Shown here piece by piece: positions 1-8,753 of a stretch of 64,000 nucleotides of DNA. The position numbers were made by a program, and so were the translations under genes. Position 1 is the first letter of the stretch. Every line of letters starts with the position of its first letter. Source of the stretch: Gaiellaceae bacterium. Lineage in GTDB: Bacteria; Actinomycetota; Thermoleophilia; Gaiellales; Gaiellaceae. The notes under the pieces were generated by a model. It saw only the letters and a program-made list of their open reading frames with translations. It did no database searches and was not told the origin of the DNA. Where the stretch lies: contig DATFQN010000093.1 of the NCBI GenBank assembly GCA_035264165.1, positions 18,258 to 82,257 on the forward strand. Direction: 5' to 3'.

Positions 1-443
1 ACGCTCAGCGGCAGCTCTTCCAGGCGCACCTCGCGACGGCGGAGGAGCTCCGGAAGCCCGTCGTGATCCACTGCCGCGCCGCCGACGCGGACGTCGCACG
101 GGCGCTGGGGGACTTCGACGGCACCGTCGTCCTGCACTGCTTCTCGTCGCCTGGACTGCTGCATCCGGCGCTCGAGCGGGGGTACTACGTGTCCTTCGCC
201 GGCAACGTCACCTATCCGAAGGCGGAAGAGCTGCGGGAGGCCGCGCGCGCCGTGCCGCAGGATCGGATCCTCGCCGAGACCGATAGCCCGTACCTCTCGC
301 CGCAGCCGCGTCGCGGGCGCCCGAACGAGCCCGCGAACGTCGTTCACACTGTTGGAGCCCTGGCGGAAGCTCGCGGGGAGGATCCGGATGAGCTCGCCGC
401 GCAGATCGGCGAGAACGCCTCACGCGCGTTCGGACTCCGTTGA
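1..443 (+). CDS. tatD: TatD-family metal-dependent hydrolase/DNase, C-terminal part (5' end lies outside the window)
   Basis: Frame is open from the window edge to TGA 441-443. Tail HCFSS...SFAGNVTYPK...ILAETDSPYLSPQPRRGRPNEPANV matches TatD/YabD C-terminal motifs. It lies directly upstream of rsmA. Confidence 0.8.
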   Translation, partial: AQRQLFQAHLATAEELRKPVVIHCRAADADVARALGDFDGTVVLHCFSSPGLLHPALERGYYVSFAGNVTYPKAEELREAARAVPQDRILAETDSPYLSPQPRRGRPNEPANVVHTVGALAEARGEDPDELAAQIGENASRAFGLR

Positions 444-1222
444 CGCTGCCGACTCCCAGCAAGGAGCTCGGCCAGCACTTTCTCGTCGACGACAACATCC
501 TCGGGGTGATCGGACGGCTCGCCGAGCTCGGGCCGTCCGACGTCGTGCTCGAGATCGGCCCCGGACGCGGGGCGCTCACGTCGTTCCTCGCGGATCGAGT
601 CGCCGAGGTCCACGCGGTCGAGCTCGACCGCCGACTGGAGCCTCACCTCCGAGAGCGCTTCGGCGACCGACCGAACGTCAACCTCCGCTTCGAGGACGCG
701 CTCTCGCTCGAGCCAACGGCGCTCGAGCCTCCGCCGACGAAGCTCGTCTCGAACCTCCCCTACAACGTCGCCACCCCGATCGTCGTCGAGAGTCTCGAAC
801 GCTTCCGCGCCATCGAGGTGTGGACGGTGATGGTCCAGCGGGAGGTCGCAGACCGGTTCTTCGCAGCGCCGAGGACGAAGGCGTACGGCGCCGTCTCAGT
901 GCTGCTGCAGCTGGCGACGGAACGCACGGGCTTCCATCCCGTCTCGCGGACGGTCTTCCGGCCGCCGCCGAACGTCGACTCCGCCCTCGTCGCCTTCCGG
1001 CGCCGCGCAGATTCGCCGACGATCCCGTGGCCTCAGCTGAAGCGCCTCGTGGAGGGGGCATTCGCTCATCGCCGGAAGCGTCTTCCGAACTCGCTCGAGT
1101 TAGCGGGGATCGCCGACCGCGATCAGGCCGCGGCGGCGCTCGCCGAGCTCGGCCGCACGCCGAACACCCGTGCGGAAGAACTCGAGCCGGAGGAATTCGT
1201 GCGCCTCGCGACCGCACTCTGA
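440..1222 (+). CDS. rsmA: 16S rRNA (adenine1518/1519-N6)-dimethyltransferase RsmA/KsgA
   Basis: TTG 440 overlaps the tatD stop; 260 aa. Has the ELGQHFLVD N-terminal motif, SAM loop VLEIGPGRGALT and LVSNLPYNV. Confidence 0.93.
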   Translation: MTLPTPSKELGQHFLVDDNILGVIGRLAELGPSDVVLEIGPGRGALTSFLADRVAEVHAVELDRRLEPHLRERFGDRPNVNLRFEDALSLEPTALEPPPTKLVSNLPYNVATPIVVESLERFRAIEVWTVMVQREVADRFFAAPRTKAYGAVSVLLQLATERTGFHPVSRTVFRPPPNVDSALVAFRRRADSPTIPWPQLKRLVEGAFAHRRKRLPNSLELAGIADRDQAAAALAELGRTPNTRAEELEPEEFVRLATAL

Positions 1223-2013
1223 TGACCGAGCTGCTCGCCCCGGCGAAGATCAATCTCGCGCTCGTCGTGGGTCCGACGAGGTCCGACGGTCGCCACGAGG
1301 TGGCCACCGTCCTCCAGCGGATCTCGCTGGCCGACCGCATCCGGCTCGAGCCGGCCGATGAGCTCGCCGTGACCGGCTTCGCCGGGGACACCCTCGTCCG
1401 TCGTGCGCTCGAGGCACTCGCCGACGCGGCCGGCGTGGAGCCGGCGTGGCATGTCGAGATCGACAAGCAGATCCCGGTGGCCGCGGGTCTCGGCGGCGGG
1501 AGCTCTGACGCCGCCGCCGCGCTCCGCCTCGCCAACTGGACGCTCCGGCACCCACGCGACGACCGCGCGCTCCGCGCGCTCGCGGCCGGGCTGGGTGCGG
1601 ATGTCCCCTTCTTCCTGACGGTTGGGCCGCAGCTCGGCGAGGGAGACGGAACGGAGCTGAGGTCCCTCGACCTGCCGCAGGACTACTGGATCGTGCTGCT
1701 GCTCCCTCACGGAGAAGAGAAAGCGTCGACGGGAGCCATCTACGAAGGCTTCGGCGGCGCAGAGGGCTTCGCCGAGCGGCGTGCCGACCTTCTCCGCGGC
1801 CTGGCGCTCGGCGAGCTCGCCTTGTTGCCGCCGAACGACCTCGCCTCCTCGCCTCTCGCCCCAGAGCTCCGCGCGCGAGGGGCCTTCCGCGCGGACGTGT
1901 CGGGCGCCGGCCCCGCGGTCTACGGGCTCTTCGCCGAGCAGGGTGAGGCGTTGGCAGCGAACGCCGCATTGGGCGATCGCGGCAAGGTCTGGATCGCCGC
2001 ACCGGGCTGGTAG
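1222..2013 (+). CDS. ispE: 4-diphosphocytidyl-2-C-methyl-D-erythritol kinase
   Basis: ATG 1222 overlaps the rsmA TGA (TGATG). Has APAKINLAL and the GHMP-kinase loop PVAAGLGGGSSDAAA. It is the in-frame downstream part of the 352..2013 ORF. Confidence 0.9.
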   Translation: MTELLAPAKINLALVVGPTRSDGRHEVATVLQRISLADRIRLEPADELAVTGFAGDTLVRRALEALADAAGVEPAWHVEIDKQIPVAAGLGGGSSDAAAALRLANWTLRHPRDDRALRALAAGLGADVPFFLTVGPQLGEGDGTELRSLDLPQDYWIVLLLPHGEEKASTGAIYEGFGGAEGFAERRADLLRGLALGELALLPPNDLASSPLAPELRARGAFRADVSGAGPAVYGLFAEQGEALAANAALGDRGKVWIAAPGW

Positions 2014-2023
2014 CGTCATCGCC

Positions 2024-2380
2024 GTGATCGAGCACCCCGTCCTCGAGCACCGGACGACGCGAGGCGGCCGCTGGTTACGCCGCAACCGGACGAGGGTCGC
2101 GTTCTGGATTGCGGTCGTGGAGGGCGCGCTCCTCGTCTTCGGCGCAATCGACCGCTGGGGTGCGCTGCTCGTCGCCGTGCTCGTCATCGCGGCCTACTTC
2201 GTCATCCGGCCCCGGCTGCAGTCGCCGCTCGGCCGCGACGTCCTCTGGACGGCGGCCGTCTCCCAGGCGCTGGTCGCGCTCGTGCCGATCCTCGTCATCG
2301 TCGTCGGGACGGTCGCGCTGATCGCCGTCGGGATCATCGCCGTCGTCGCGCTGATCGTGCTGTTCGGCGACCGCCGGTAG
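2024..2380 (+). CDS. small integral membrane protein, unknown function
   Basis: GTG 2024, 118 aa, with three long hydrophobic segments (FWIAVVEGALLVFGAI, ALLVAVLVIAAYFVI, ALVALVPILVIVVGTVALIAVGIIAVVALIVLF). No family recognised. Confidence 0.55.
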   Translation: MIEHPVLEHRTTRGGRWLRRNRTRVAFWIAVVEGALLVFGAIDRWGALLVAVLVIAAYFVIRPRLQSPLGRDVLWTAAVSQALVALVPILVIVVGTVALIAVGIIAVVALIVLFGDRR

Positions 2381-2409
2381 AATTCCGGCGTCGCGACCTT
2401 TCCAGCCTT

Positions 2410-2483
2410 TGGGGCGTAGCCAAGTGGTAAGGCAACGGGTTTTGGTCCCGTGATCCCAGGTTCGAATCCTGGCGCCCCAGCCA
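2410..2483 (+). tRNA. tRNA-Gln (anticodon UUG)
   Basis: 74-nt cloverleaf folded by hand. Acceptor TGGGGCG/CGCCCCA with a U1-A72 pair, G73 discriminator and encoded CCA. Anticodon stem ACGGG/CCCGT with loop TTTTGGT (anticodon TTG). T arm CCAGG-TTCGAAT-CCTGG. Confidence 0.93.
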
Positions 2484-2493
2484 ACTGAAGCCC

Positions 2494-3831
2494 GTGAAGA
2501 CATCCGGACTCGCAGCCGTCGTTCTTGCTGGCGGCCTTGGCACGCGTATGCGCTCGCAGACGCCCAAGCACCTCCACCCGCTGCTCGGGCGCCGGCTCGT
2601 CGACTGGGTTGCGGACGCGGCGCGCAGTCTCGACCCCGACCCGCTTGTGATCGTGACCTCGCCCGACTCCGCGGACGCATTCGACGGAGTCGCAGTTGCG
2701 GTTCAGGACGAGCCCCTCGGCACCGGTCATGCGCTGCTCGCGTCCCGCCCCTCGCTCGACGGCTACCAGGGCGACATCGTCGTCCTCGCCGGGGACACTC
2801 CGCTTCTTCGGACCGAGACGCTCGCCGGCCTGCTCGAGACGCATCGGGTCTCTGGCGCCGCCGCGACTGTGCTCACCTTCGACCGGGAGGATCCGGCGAC
2901 CTACGGCCGGATCGTCCGCGGCGGCGACGGCTCGGTGCGCGCCATCGTCGAGGCGACCGACGTCGGCGAGGAGCTGAGCGGGATCACCGAGGTGAACTCC
3001 TCGATCTACGTCTTCGACGCTGCGAAGCTCTGGCCCGCGCTCGAGCGCGTCGACTCGTCGAACGCACAAGGAGAGCTGTACCTCACGGACGCCGTGCGGC
3101 TGCTCGCCGAGGACGGCGCGCACGTCGCCGCCCACGAGGCGACCGCCGAGGAGGCCGAGGGAGTCAACACGCGGGTCGAGCTCGCCGCCGCCGCGGCAGA
3201 GCTCCGCGACCGCATCAACGAGCAGCACATGCTTGCCGGCGTGACGATCGTCGATCCCGCCACAACGTGGATCGAACCGTCGGTCGAGCTCGAGGAGGAT
3301 TCCACGATCCATCCTTTCACCGTCCTCCGTGGCCGCACGCGTGTCGCGGCCGGCGCCGAGGTCGGCCCGCACGCGGTCGCGATCGACGCCGAGATCGGCC
3401 CCCGTGTCCTCGTTGGACCGTTCTGTTACCTTCGCCCCGGCACGGTCCTCGAGGCGAACGCGAAGGCGGGCACGTTCGTGGAGATCAAGAACTCGCGCAT
3501 CGGCGCGCGGACCAAGGTTCCGCATCTGTCGTACATCGGCGATGCGGAGATCGGCGAGGACACGAACGTCGCCGCGGGCAACATCACTGTCAACTTCCCG
3601 CACGAGCCCGGAAAGCCGAAGAGCCGGACGACGATCGGAGACAACGTCAGGACCGGCGTCCAGAATGCGTTCGTTGCTCCGGTCGAGGTTGGCAAGGGCG
3701 CTTGGATTGCGGCGGGATCGGTCATCACGAAAGACGTCCCGCCTGGCGCGCTCGCCGTCGCCCGGGCACGACAAGAAAACAAGGAGGGCTACGCCACCCG
3801 TGGAGACAGTGGAGCCGACGATGACGACTGA
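2494..3831 (+). CDS. glmU: bifunctional UDP-N-acetylglucosamine pyrophosphorylase / glucosamine-1-phosphate N-acetyltransferase
   Basis: GTG 2494, 445 aa. N-terminal nucleotidyltransferase motif AAVVLAGGLGTRM and a C-terminal hexapeptide-repeat (left-handed beta-helix) region. Confidence 0.93.
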   Translation: MKTSGLAAVVLAGGLGTRMRSQTPKHLHPLLGRRLVDWVADAARSLDPDPLVIVTSPDSADAFDGVAVAVQDEPLGTGHALLASRPSLDGYQGDIVVLAGDTPLLRTETLAGLLETHRVSGAAATVLTFDREDPATYGRIVRGGDGSVRAIVEATDVGEELSGITEVNSSIYVFDAAKLWPALERVDSSNAQGELYLTDAVRLLAEDGAHVAAHEATAEEAEGVNTRVELAAAAAELRDRINEQHMLAGVTIVDPATTWIEPSVELEEDSTIHPFTVLRGRTRVAAGAEVGPHAVAIDAEIGPRVLVGPFCYLRPGTVLEANAKAGTFVEIKNSRIGARTKVPHLSYIGDAEIGEDTNVAAGNITVNFPHEPGKPKSRTTIGDNVRTGVQNAFVAPVEVGKGAWIAAGSVITKDVPPGALAVARARQENKEGYATRGDSGADDDD

Positions 3832-4882
3832 GCTCGCGAGCCTTCCCGGCCTCGGGACCGTCCCGGGCACGACGCCTGAGGTCGAGCTCCAGCCCGAGCA
3901 CTGGATCGAGCGGGGGCCGCAGAAGCGGCTGATGCTCTTCTCCGGGCGTTCGCACCTCGAGCTCGCGCAGAAGATCGGCGAGCGGCTCGGCGTCGAGCTC
4001 GGTGAGGTCACGCTAGGTTCGTTCGCGAACGGCGAGACCTACTGCCGCTTCGAGGAGTCGATCCGCGGCGCGGACGTCTTCCTCGTCCAGACCGGCTGCG
4101 AGCCCGTCGACCGGAACCTGATTGAGCTCCTGATCATGATCCAGGCTGCGAAGCTGGCGTCGGCCAAGCGAATCACGGCCGTCGTACCGTGGTACCCCTA
4201 CGCGCGGCAGGACCGCAAGGCTCGCCCGCGTGAGCCGATCACGGCGAGGCTGGTCGCCGACATGATCCAGATCGCCGGCGCCGACCGCGTGCTGACGATG
4301 GACCTGCACGCCGGGCAGATCCAGGGGTTCTTCTCGATCCCGGTCGACCACATGGTGGCGCTGCCGATCTTCGCGCAACACCTCCGCGACCAGGGTTTGA
4401 CGGGCCAGGGCGTGGTTTCGGTCGCCCCCGACGCGGGCCGAGCGAAGATGGCCGTCAAGTTCGCGGAGCTGCTGGAGGCGGACTTCGCGATCATGCACAA
4501 GACGCGGCCAGAGCATGACCAAGCGGCCGTCACGGAGGTCACGGGGAACGTGCGCGGCAAGGTCGCGATCGTCGGCGACGACGTGATCATGACCGGCGGC
4601 ACGCTGCTTGCGGGCGCCCACGCGCTGCGGGAGGCCGGCGCCACGAAGGTCTACGTCTGCGCGACGCACGGCGTTTTTGCGAAGGACTCGCTCGAGCGTT
4701 TCCGTGACGCCGAGGAGATCGACGAGGTGGTCGTCACGGACACGATCCCGCTCGATCCGATGACGCGCCCGCCGAACCTGACCGTCCTCACCGTCTCCGG
4801 CCTGCTGGCGGAGACGATCATGAACGTGTTCGCCGACGAGTCGGTCTCGGCGATCTTCCAGGGCGAGAATCAGCTCTTCTAG
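3821..4882 (+). CDS. prs: ribose-phosphate pyrophosphokinase
   Basis: Has LMLFSGRSHLELAQKIG, FANGETYCRF and the PRPP-binding loop VAIVGDDVIMTGGTL. ATG 3821 overlaps glmU by 11 nt; the alternative in-frame ATG 3932 would remove a 37-aa extension. Confidence 0.88.
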   Translation: MTTELASLPGLGTVPGTTPEVELQPEHWIERGPQKRLMLFSGRSHLELAQKIGERLGVELGEVTLGSFANGETYCRFEESIRGADVFLVQTGCEPVDRNLIELLIMIQAAKLASAKRITAVVPWYPYARQDRKARPREPITARLVADMIQIAGADRVLTMDLHAGQIQGFFSIPVDHMVALPIFAQHLRDQGLTGQGVVSVAPDAGRAKMAVKFAELLEADFAIMHKTRPEHDQAAVTEVTGNVRGKVAIVGDDVIMTGGTLLAGAHALREAGATKVYVCATHGVFAKDSLERFRDAEEIDEVVVTDTIPLDPMTRPPNLTVLTVSGLLAETIMNVFADESVSAIFQGENQLF

Positions 4883-4997
4883 AAACCTCGCGTAGCCAGG
4901 GCTTTTGCTCCTGCGGGGAGCGGCGCGGGGCTCTTTGAGAACGGGCACCGGGGTGCTATGAGTCTGTGGGCAAACCGGGGGGAGATGGAGGAGAGAG

Positions 4998-5549
4998 ATG
5001 AAGGTTCTGATGCTCGGTGCGGCGATTGCCGCATTGCTCGCGATCCCAGCCGTAGCCGGCGCAGGTCCCGGCGGTGCCCCGGCCATCCACGATCACGGGA
5101 CGTTCACGGACGTGGACCCGGACTTCTGCGGCACCGGCGAGGCGATCGACATCGCCGGCAGGTTCAACTTCGTCATCTGGATCGGCGAGACAGGCGGAGA
5201 TCCCGAGCAGGAGCTGAAGACGAGCTTCAACTACAACGTCACCGCGACCAACCCGGACAACGGGAAGTCGGTGATCGACTCGGCCGCCGGCTCGTCGACG
5301 AACGTGATCGTTTCAGGCGCGGAGGCGGGCGCCCACACGCACCGGTTCGTCGAGAGCGGACTACGAGGGAAGCTCAAGCTCGCGAACGGTCGCGTCCTCA
5401 CCCATGACGCGGGCCAGATCGTCTACGAGGTCTCATTCGACGCGAACGACGAGGTCATCGGCGTCGAGGTGATCTCGGTGCACGGGCCGCACCCGGCGTT
5501 CGAGTCGGACGTCTGGTGCGACACGGCGACGAAGGCCCTCGGGCTCTAG
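4998..5549 (+). CDS. secreted hypothetical protein
   Basis: ATG preceded by GGAGGAGAG. Signal-peptide-like N-terminus MKVLMLGAAIAALLAIPAVAGA; 183 aa; no family recognised. A strong hairpin follows. Confidence 0.65.
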   Translation: MKVLMLGAAIAALLAIPAVAGAGPGGAPAIHDHGTFTDVDPDFCGTGEAIDIAGRFNFVIWIGETGGDPEQELKTSFNYNVTATNPDNGKSVIDSAAGSSTNVIVSGAEAGAHTHRFVESGLRGKLKLANGRVLTHDAGQIVYEVSFDANDEVIGVEVISVHGPHPAFESDVWCDTATKALGL

Positions 5550-5570
5550 GCGCACGTGTGACCAGGTGAT

Positions 5571-5618
5571 GGCGGAGGCCCCTCACGACAGGGGCCTCCG
5601 CCGAGCCGGTTTTGGCTC
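5571..5618 (+). terminator. intrinsic-terminator-like double hairpin after the secreted-protein gene
   Basis: Perfect 13-bp stem GGCGGAGGCCCCT / AGGGGCCTCCGCC with a 6-nt loop (5571-5602). A second hairpin GAGCC-GGTTTT-GGCTC follows and contains a T run. Confidence 0.7.
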
Positions 5619-5688
5619 GGGCGAGCAGCTGCCGTTCCCCTAACGCGTCGCCTAACGCACGGGTTACCACGCGGCGATACTGCCGGGC

Positions 5689-7272
5689 ATGAGCGTCGGC
5701 CTGAGAAGGCAAGAATCCCCGCAAATCGAGGCATTCCGCGCACCAGTCGGTACGCGCCGCCACGATGGGCTCAGCTCTTTTGGAGCCGCCGCCCTCGTCG
5801 CCGCGGCCGTCGGCTTCCTGCTCTACCGCCTCGCGCCCGATGTCGCCCAGAAGCCGCTCTACGAGGACGAGGCGATCGCGGGACTGATCGCGATGCGGCC
5901 GCTGCGGGAGGTGCTCGACACCGTCCTCGTCGACCGCGGTGGCGCTCCGCTCCACTTCGTCCTGGCGCATGCGGTGTTCCGGGTGGATCCCACGGCCGAT
6001 GCCCTCCGCTGGCTCTCGGTCGCCGCCGCGCTCGGTGCGGTTCCGCTGTGCTTCGACCTCGCTCGGCGGCTCGCCAACCCCGTTGCCGGGATCGTCGCGG
6101 CCGCCGTGGCCGCATCCTCGACGGCTCTCGCGGTCTACGGGAGCTTCGGCCGTATGTACGCGCTGTTCGTCTTCGTCGCGGCGCTCAACGCCGACCTCGT
6201 CGTGCGGGCGCTCCGGAGCCCGACGCTCCGCTCCGTCGCTGCCGCGTCCGCCGCCGGCTGGCTGCTCGTCGCGGTGCATCCCTACGGTGCGATCCCCGCC
6301 TTCCTCGGGATGGTGCTGATGATCTGGCGCCTACGCCGGCCACGTTTGCTCTGGCCGCTGGCGGTCGCTGTGCTCGCGGCGGTCCCGTTCGTGGTGGCCG
6401 ACATCCGACTTGCGGACCGCGCGTCGGTGGGCGGAGCGGGGAAGACCCTCGCGTCGCCGGCCAAGGCGTGGAGCGAGCTGGTCGCGGCGCTGTCGTCCTT
6501 CGCCGGCGGGGACGGCCTGCCGTTCGTGTTCTTCGCCGTGCTCGCGGTGGTGGGGACCCTCATCGCGTCGCGGCGCGAGCCGGCGTTCGGGATCCTCGCC
6601 GCAGCAGTCGTTGTCCCCCCGATCCTGTTCGTGCTCGTTCGGAGCGGCTCCCCCGCCGACCTGTCGCCGCGGCACCTCTTCTACGGGTTGCCTCTGTGGG
6701 CGGCGGCGATCGGCGTGGCCGCCTCGCGGATGCCGACGGCCGCGGCGGCCCTCGTTGCTGTGGTCGCGCTGACCTCGCCGGCAAGCGCGCTCCGCGATCC
6801 GCGCGAGCTGGGGATCGCGGCGGTCAAGGCGGACGACGCACCGGAGGTCCTCGCGCGCGAGAACGATCTCCTGCTCCCGTACTCGCCGGTCTTCCTGGCC
6901 TCGCTTCGTGAGGTCCGAGACGGAGTCGCGCTGCCCCACGGCCCGGGCGAGGAGGTCGCGCGCGCCCTCGACGACGTCAACGGGCCGATCGGCAGCGTCT
7001 ACCTGGCGGTGCCGACGGAACCGTGGACGATTCGCCGTCTCGCAGGCGCTTTCGACAAGGCAGGTGCTCTGGCAGCGGCGGCGACGGCGGCGCATCAGTA
7101 TCCGCGGACGCCGAACTTCCCCGGCTGGCGCGAGTGGCTGGAGCCGGGGCTGTGCGACGCGCTCCGCCGCTACACTGGCGCGCCGTGGCAGGGGAACGAG
7201 TCAAGATCGAGGTCCGGGCCCGCGACACGCGCGGTTCAGCGGCTTCCCGCCGCCTGCGGCGCGAGGGGCTGA
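5689..7272 (+). CDS. polytopic membrane glycosyltransferase, GT39/ArnT(PMT)-like
   Basis: 527 aa with many hydrophobic helices. The N-terminal loop YEDEAIAGL...GGAPLHFVLAH resembles the DE-containing first loop of GT-C family 39/83 enzymes. The 3' end overlaps rplY by 88 nt. Confidence 0.6.
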   Translation: MSVGLRRQESPQIEAFRAPVGTRRHDGLSSFGAAALVAAAVGFLLYRLAPDVAQKPLYEDEAIAGLIAMRPLREVLDTVLVDRGGAPLHFVLAHAVFRVDPTADALRWLSVAAALGAVPLCFDLARRLANPVAGIVAAAVAASSTALAVYGSFGRMYALFVFVAALNADLVVRALRSPTLRSVAAASAAGWLLVAVHPYGAIPAFLGMVLMIWRLRRPRLLWPLAVAVLAAVPFVVADIRLADRASVGGAGKTLASPAKAWSELVAALSSFAGGDGLPFVFFAVLAVVGTLIASRREPAFGILAAAVVVPPILFVLVRSGSPADLSPRHLFYGLPLWAAAIGVAASRMPTAAAALVAVVALTSPASALRDPRELGIAAVKADDAPEVLARENDLLLPYSPVFLASLREVRDGVALPHGPGEEVARALDDVNGPIGSVYLAVPTEPWTIRRLAGAFDKAGALAAAATAAHQYPRTPNFPGWREWLEPGLCDALRRYTGAPWQGNESRSRSGPATRAVQRLPAACGARG

Positions 7273-7907
7273 TCCCGGGCGTCCTCTACGGACGCGGTAA
7301 GTCCCCGCACGCCTTCTGCGTGGCGGAGCGGGAGCTGCGCAGGGCGCTCACCGGCCCTGCAGGTCTCCACGCGATCCTGGACGTCGTCCTCGACGGTCAG
7401 AAGACCACCCATTCCTCGATCCTGAAGGACTACCAACAGGACGTCCTCACCGGTCGGCTCGCACACATCGACCTGCAGGAGGTGCGGCTCGACCAGCCTA
7501 TCCACGCGCAGGTCGTCATCGAGCTCGTCGGCGAGTCCGCCGGCGCGAAGGAGGGCGGCGTCCTCTCGCAGGTCTCGCGCGAGATCAACGTCGAGGCGCT
7601 CCCGCTCGAGATCCCCGAGCGCATCGAGGTCGACATCAGCGCGATGGAGATGGGCGACACCATGCGTCTCGCCGACATTCCCGTCCCTGAGAGCGTCACG
7701 TTCCTGGACGACCCCGAAGAGACGGTGCTCGCGACGGTGACGGTTCCGACGAAGGAAGTCGAGCCGGAGCCCACCGAGGAGGAGCTCGCCGAACTCGAGG
7801 AGGGCGTCGAGCTGGCCGAGGGCGAGGAAGCACCGGAGGGCGCCGAGGGCGAGCCGCCTGGCGAGGGCGAGGCCGACGCTTCGGCAGAAGAACCCTCCGA
7901 GGAGTAG
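7185..7907 (+). CDS. rplY: 50S ribosomal protein L25/general stress protein Ctc, with acidic C-terminal tail
   Basis: GTG 7185 gives MAGERVKIEVRARDTRGSAASRRLRREGLIPGVLYG, the Ctc N-terminal pattern; 240 aa. pth follows immediately. Confidence 0.85.
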   Translation: MAGERVKIEVRARDTRGSAASRRLRREGLIPGVLYGRGKSPHAFCVAERELRRALTGPAGLHAILDVVLDGQKTTHSSILKDYQQDVLTGRLAHIDLQEVRLDQPIHAQVVIELVGESAGAKEGGVLSQVSREINVEALPLEIPERIEVDISAMEMGDTMRLADIPVPESVTFLDDPEETVLATVTVPTKEVEPEPTEEELAELEEGVELAEGEEAPEGAEGEPPGEGEADASAEEPSEE

Positions 7908-8501
7908 ATGCGCCTCTTCCGTCGGGGCGACCGAGCCTCGACGCTCGACCTCCTGGTCGCCGGCCTCGGGAATCCGGGACGAGAATACGCGCAGACGCGG
8001 CACAACATCGGCTGGCTTGTCGTCGACGAGTTGGCGCACCGACACGGCGGGTCGTTCCGGTCGAAGTTCTCCGGCCAGCTGGCCGAGGTGCGGTTCGGCG
8101 AGCAGAAGCTCGCGCTGCTGAAGCCGGAGACGTACATGAACGAGTCGGGACGGTCGCTCGCGGCGGCGGCGCGGTTCTTCAAGGTCGACCCCGGGGCGGC
8201 GCTCGTTGTGCACGACGACGTCGACCTGGAGCCCGAGCGGCTGCAGGCGAGACTGGGCGGCGGGCTCGCCGGCCACAACGGCCTGCGGTCGATCGCCCAG
8301 GCGCTGGGGACGAACGACTTCCTCCGCCTCCGGATCGGCGTGGGGCGGCCGGGACGGGGCGACCGCCGCCCCGTCGCGGACTACGTGCTCTCGAAGTTCG
8401 ACTCGGAGACGGACGTGGATGCCCTTGTAGCCCGAGCGGCGGACGCTATCGAGACGCTCGCGACCGACGGTCTCGAGGAAACGCAGCAGCGCTTCAACTA
8501 G
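7908..8501 (+). CDS. pth: peptidyl-tRNA hydrolase
   Basis: Has LLVAGLGNPGREYAQTRHNIGW and LLKPETYMNESG motifs; 197 aa. Confidence 0.93.
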   Translation: MRLFRRGDRASTLDLLVAGLGNPGREYAQTRHNIGWLVVDELAHRHGGSFRSKFSGQLAEVRFGEQKLALLKPETYMNESGRSLAAAARFFKVDPGAALVVHDDVDLEPERLQARLGGGLAGHNGLRSIAQALGTNDFLRLRIGVGRPGRGDRRPVADYVLSKFDSETDVDALVARAADAIETLATDGLEETQQRFN

Positions 8502-8753
8502 CCGGCCGCCGGGCGCACATTTGGCGCGGGATCGGCGCGAAGGCATCCGTCGGCGGGCGCTAGCCTCGCCGGGCAGCCCCTGGGTGGGTGGGGGTTAGGG
8601 ATGGGACCCGCACGACCCGGCGCAATCCGGGCTCGGCCCCGGCCCGGAGCGACCCAGCCTCGATCCGGCGCGCCAGCCGCGTATCGGCAGCGACCAGTCG
8701 GGCATCGGCACGTACCATTCGGGCCCCGGAACTTGGCGGTTCCGGCATTCGTC

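Noticed and set aside
352-2013. 553-aa ORF that spans rsmA and ispE
   Set aside because: The first 290 codons are an Arg/Pro/Ala-rich alternative frame of rsmA with no motifs. Only the part from ATG 1222 is ispE.
2410-2483. tRNA-Gln as an integration site for a genomic island
   Set aside because: No integrase, direct repeat of the tRNA 3' end or foreign-looking genes are nearby. glmU-prs follow as in the normal backbone.
8601-8753. Extension of mfd to ATG 8601
   Set aside because: The added 51 residues are Arg/Pro/Gly-rich with no similarity to Mfd. MDRPVLHTLAQEL at 8754 fits better. The start remains somewhat uncertain.
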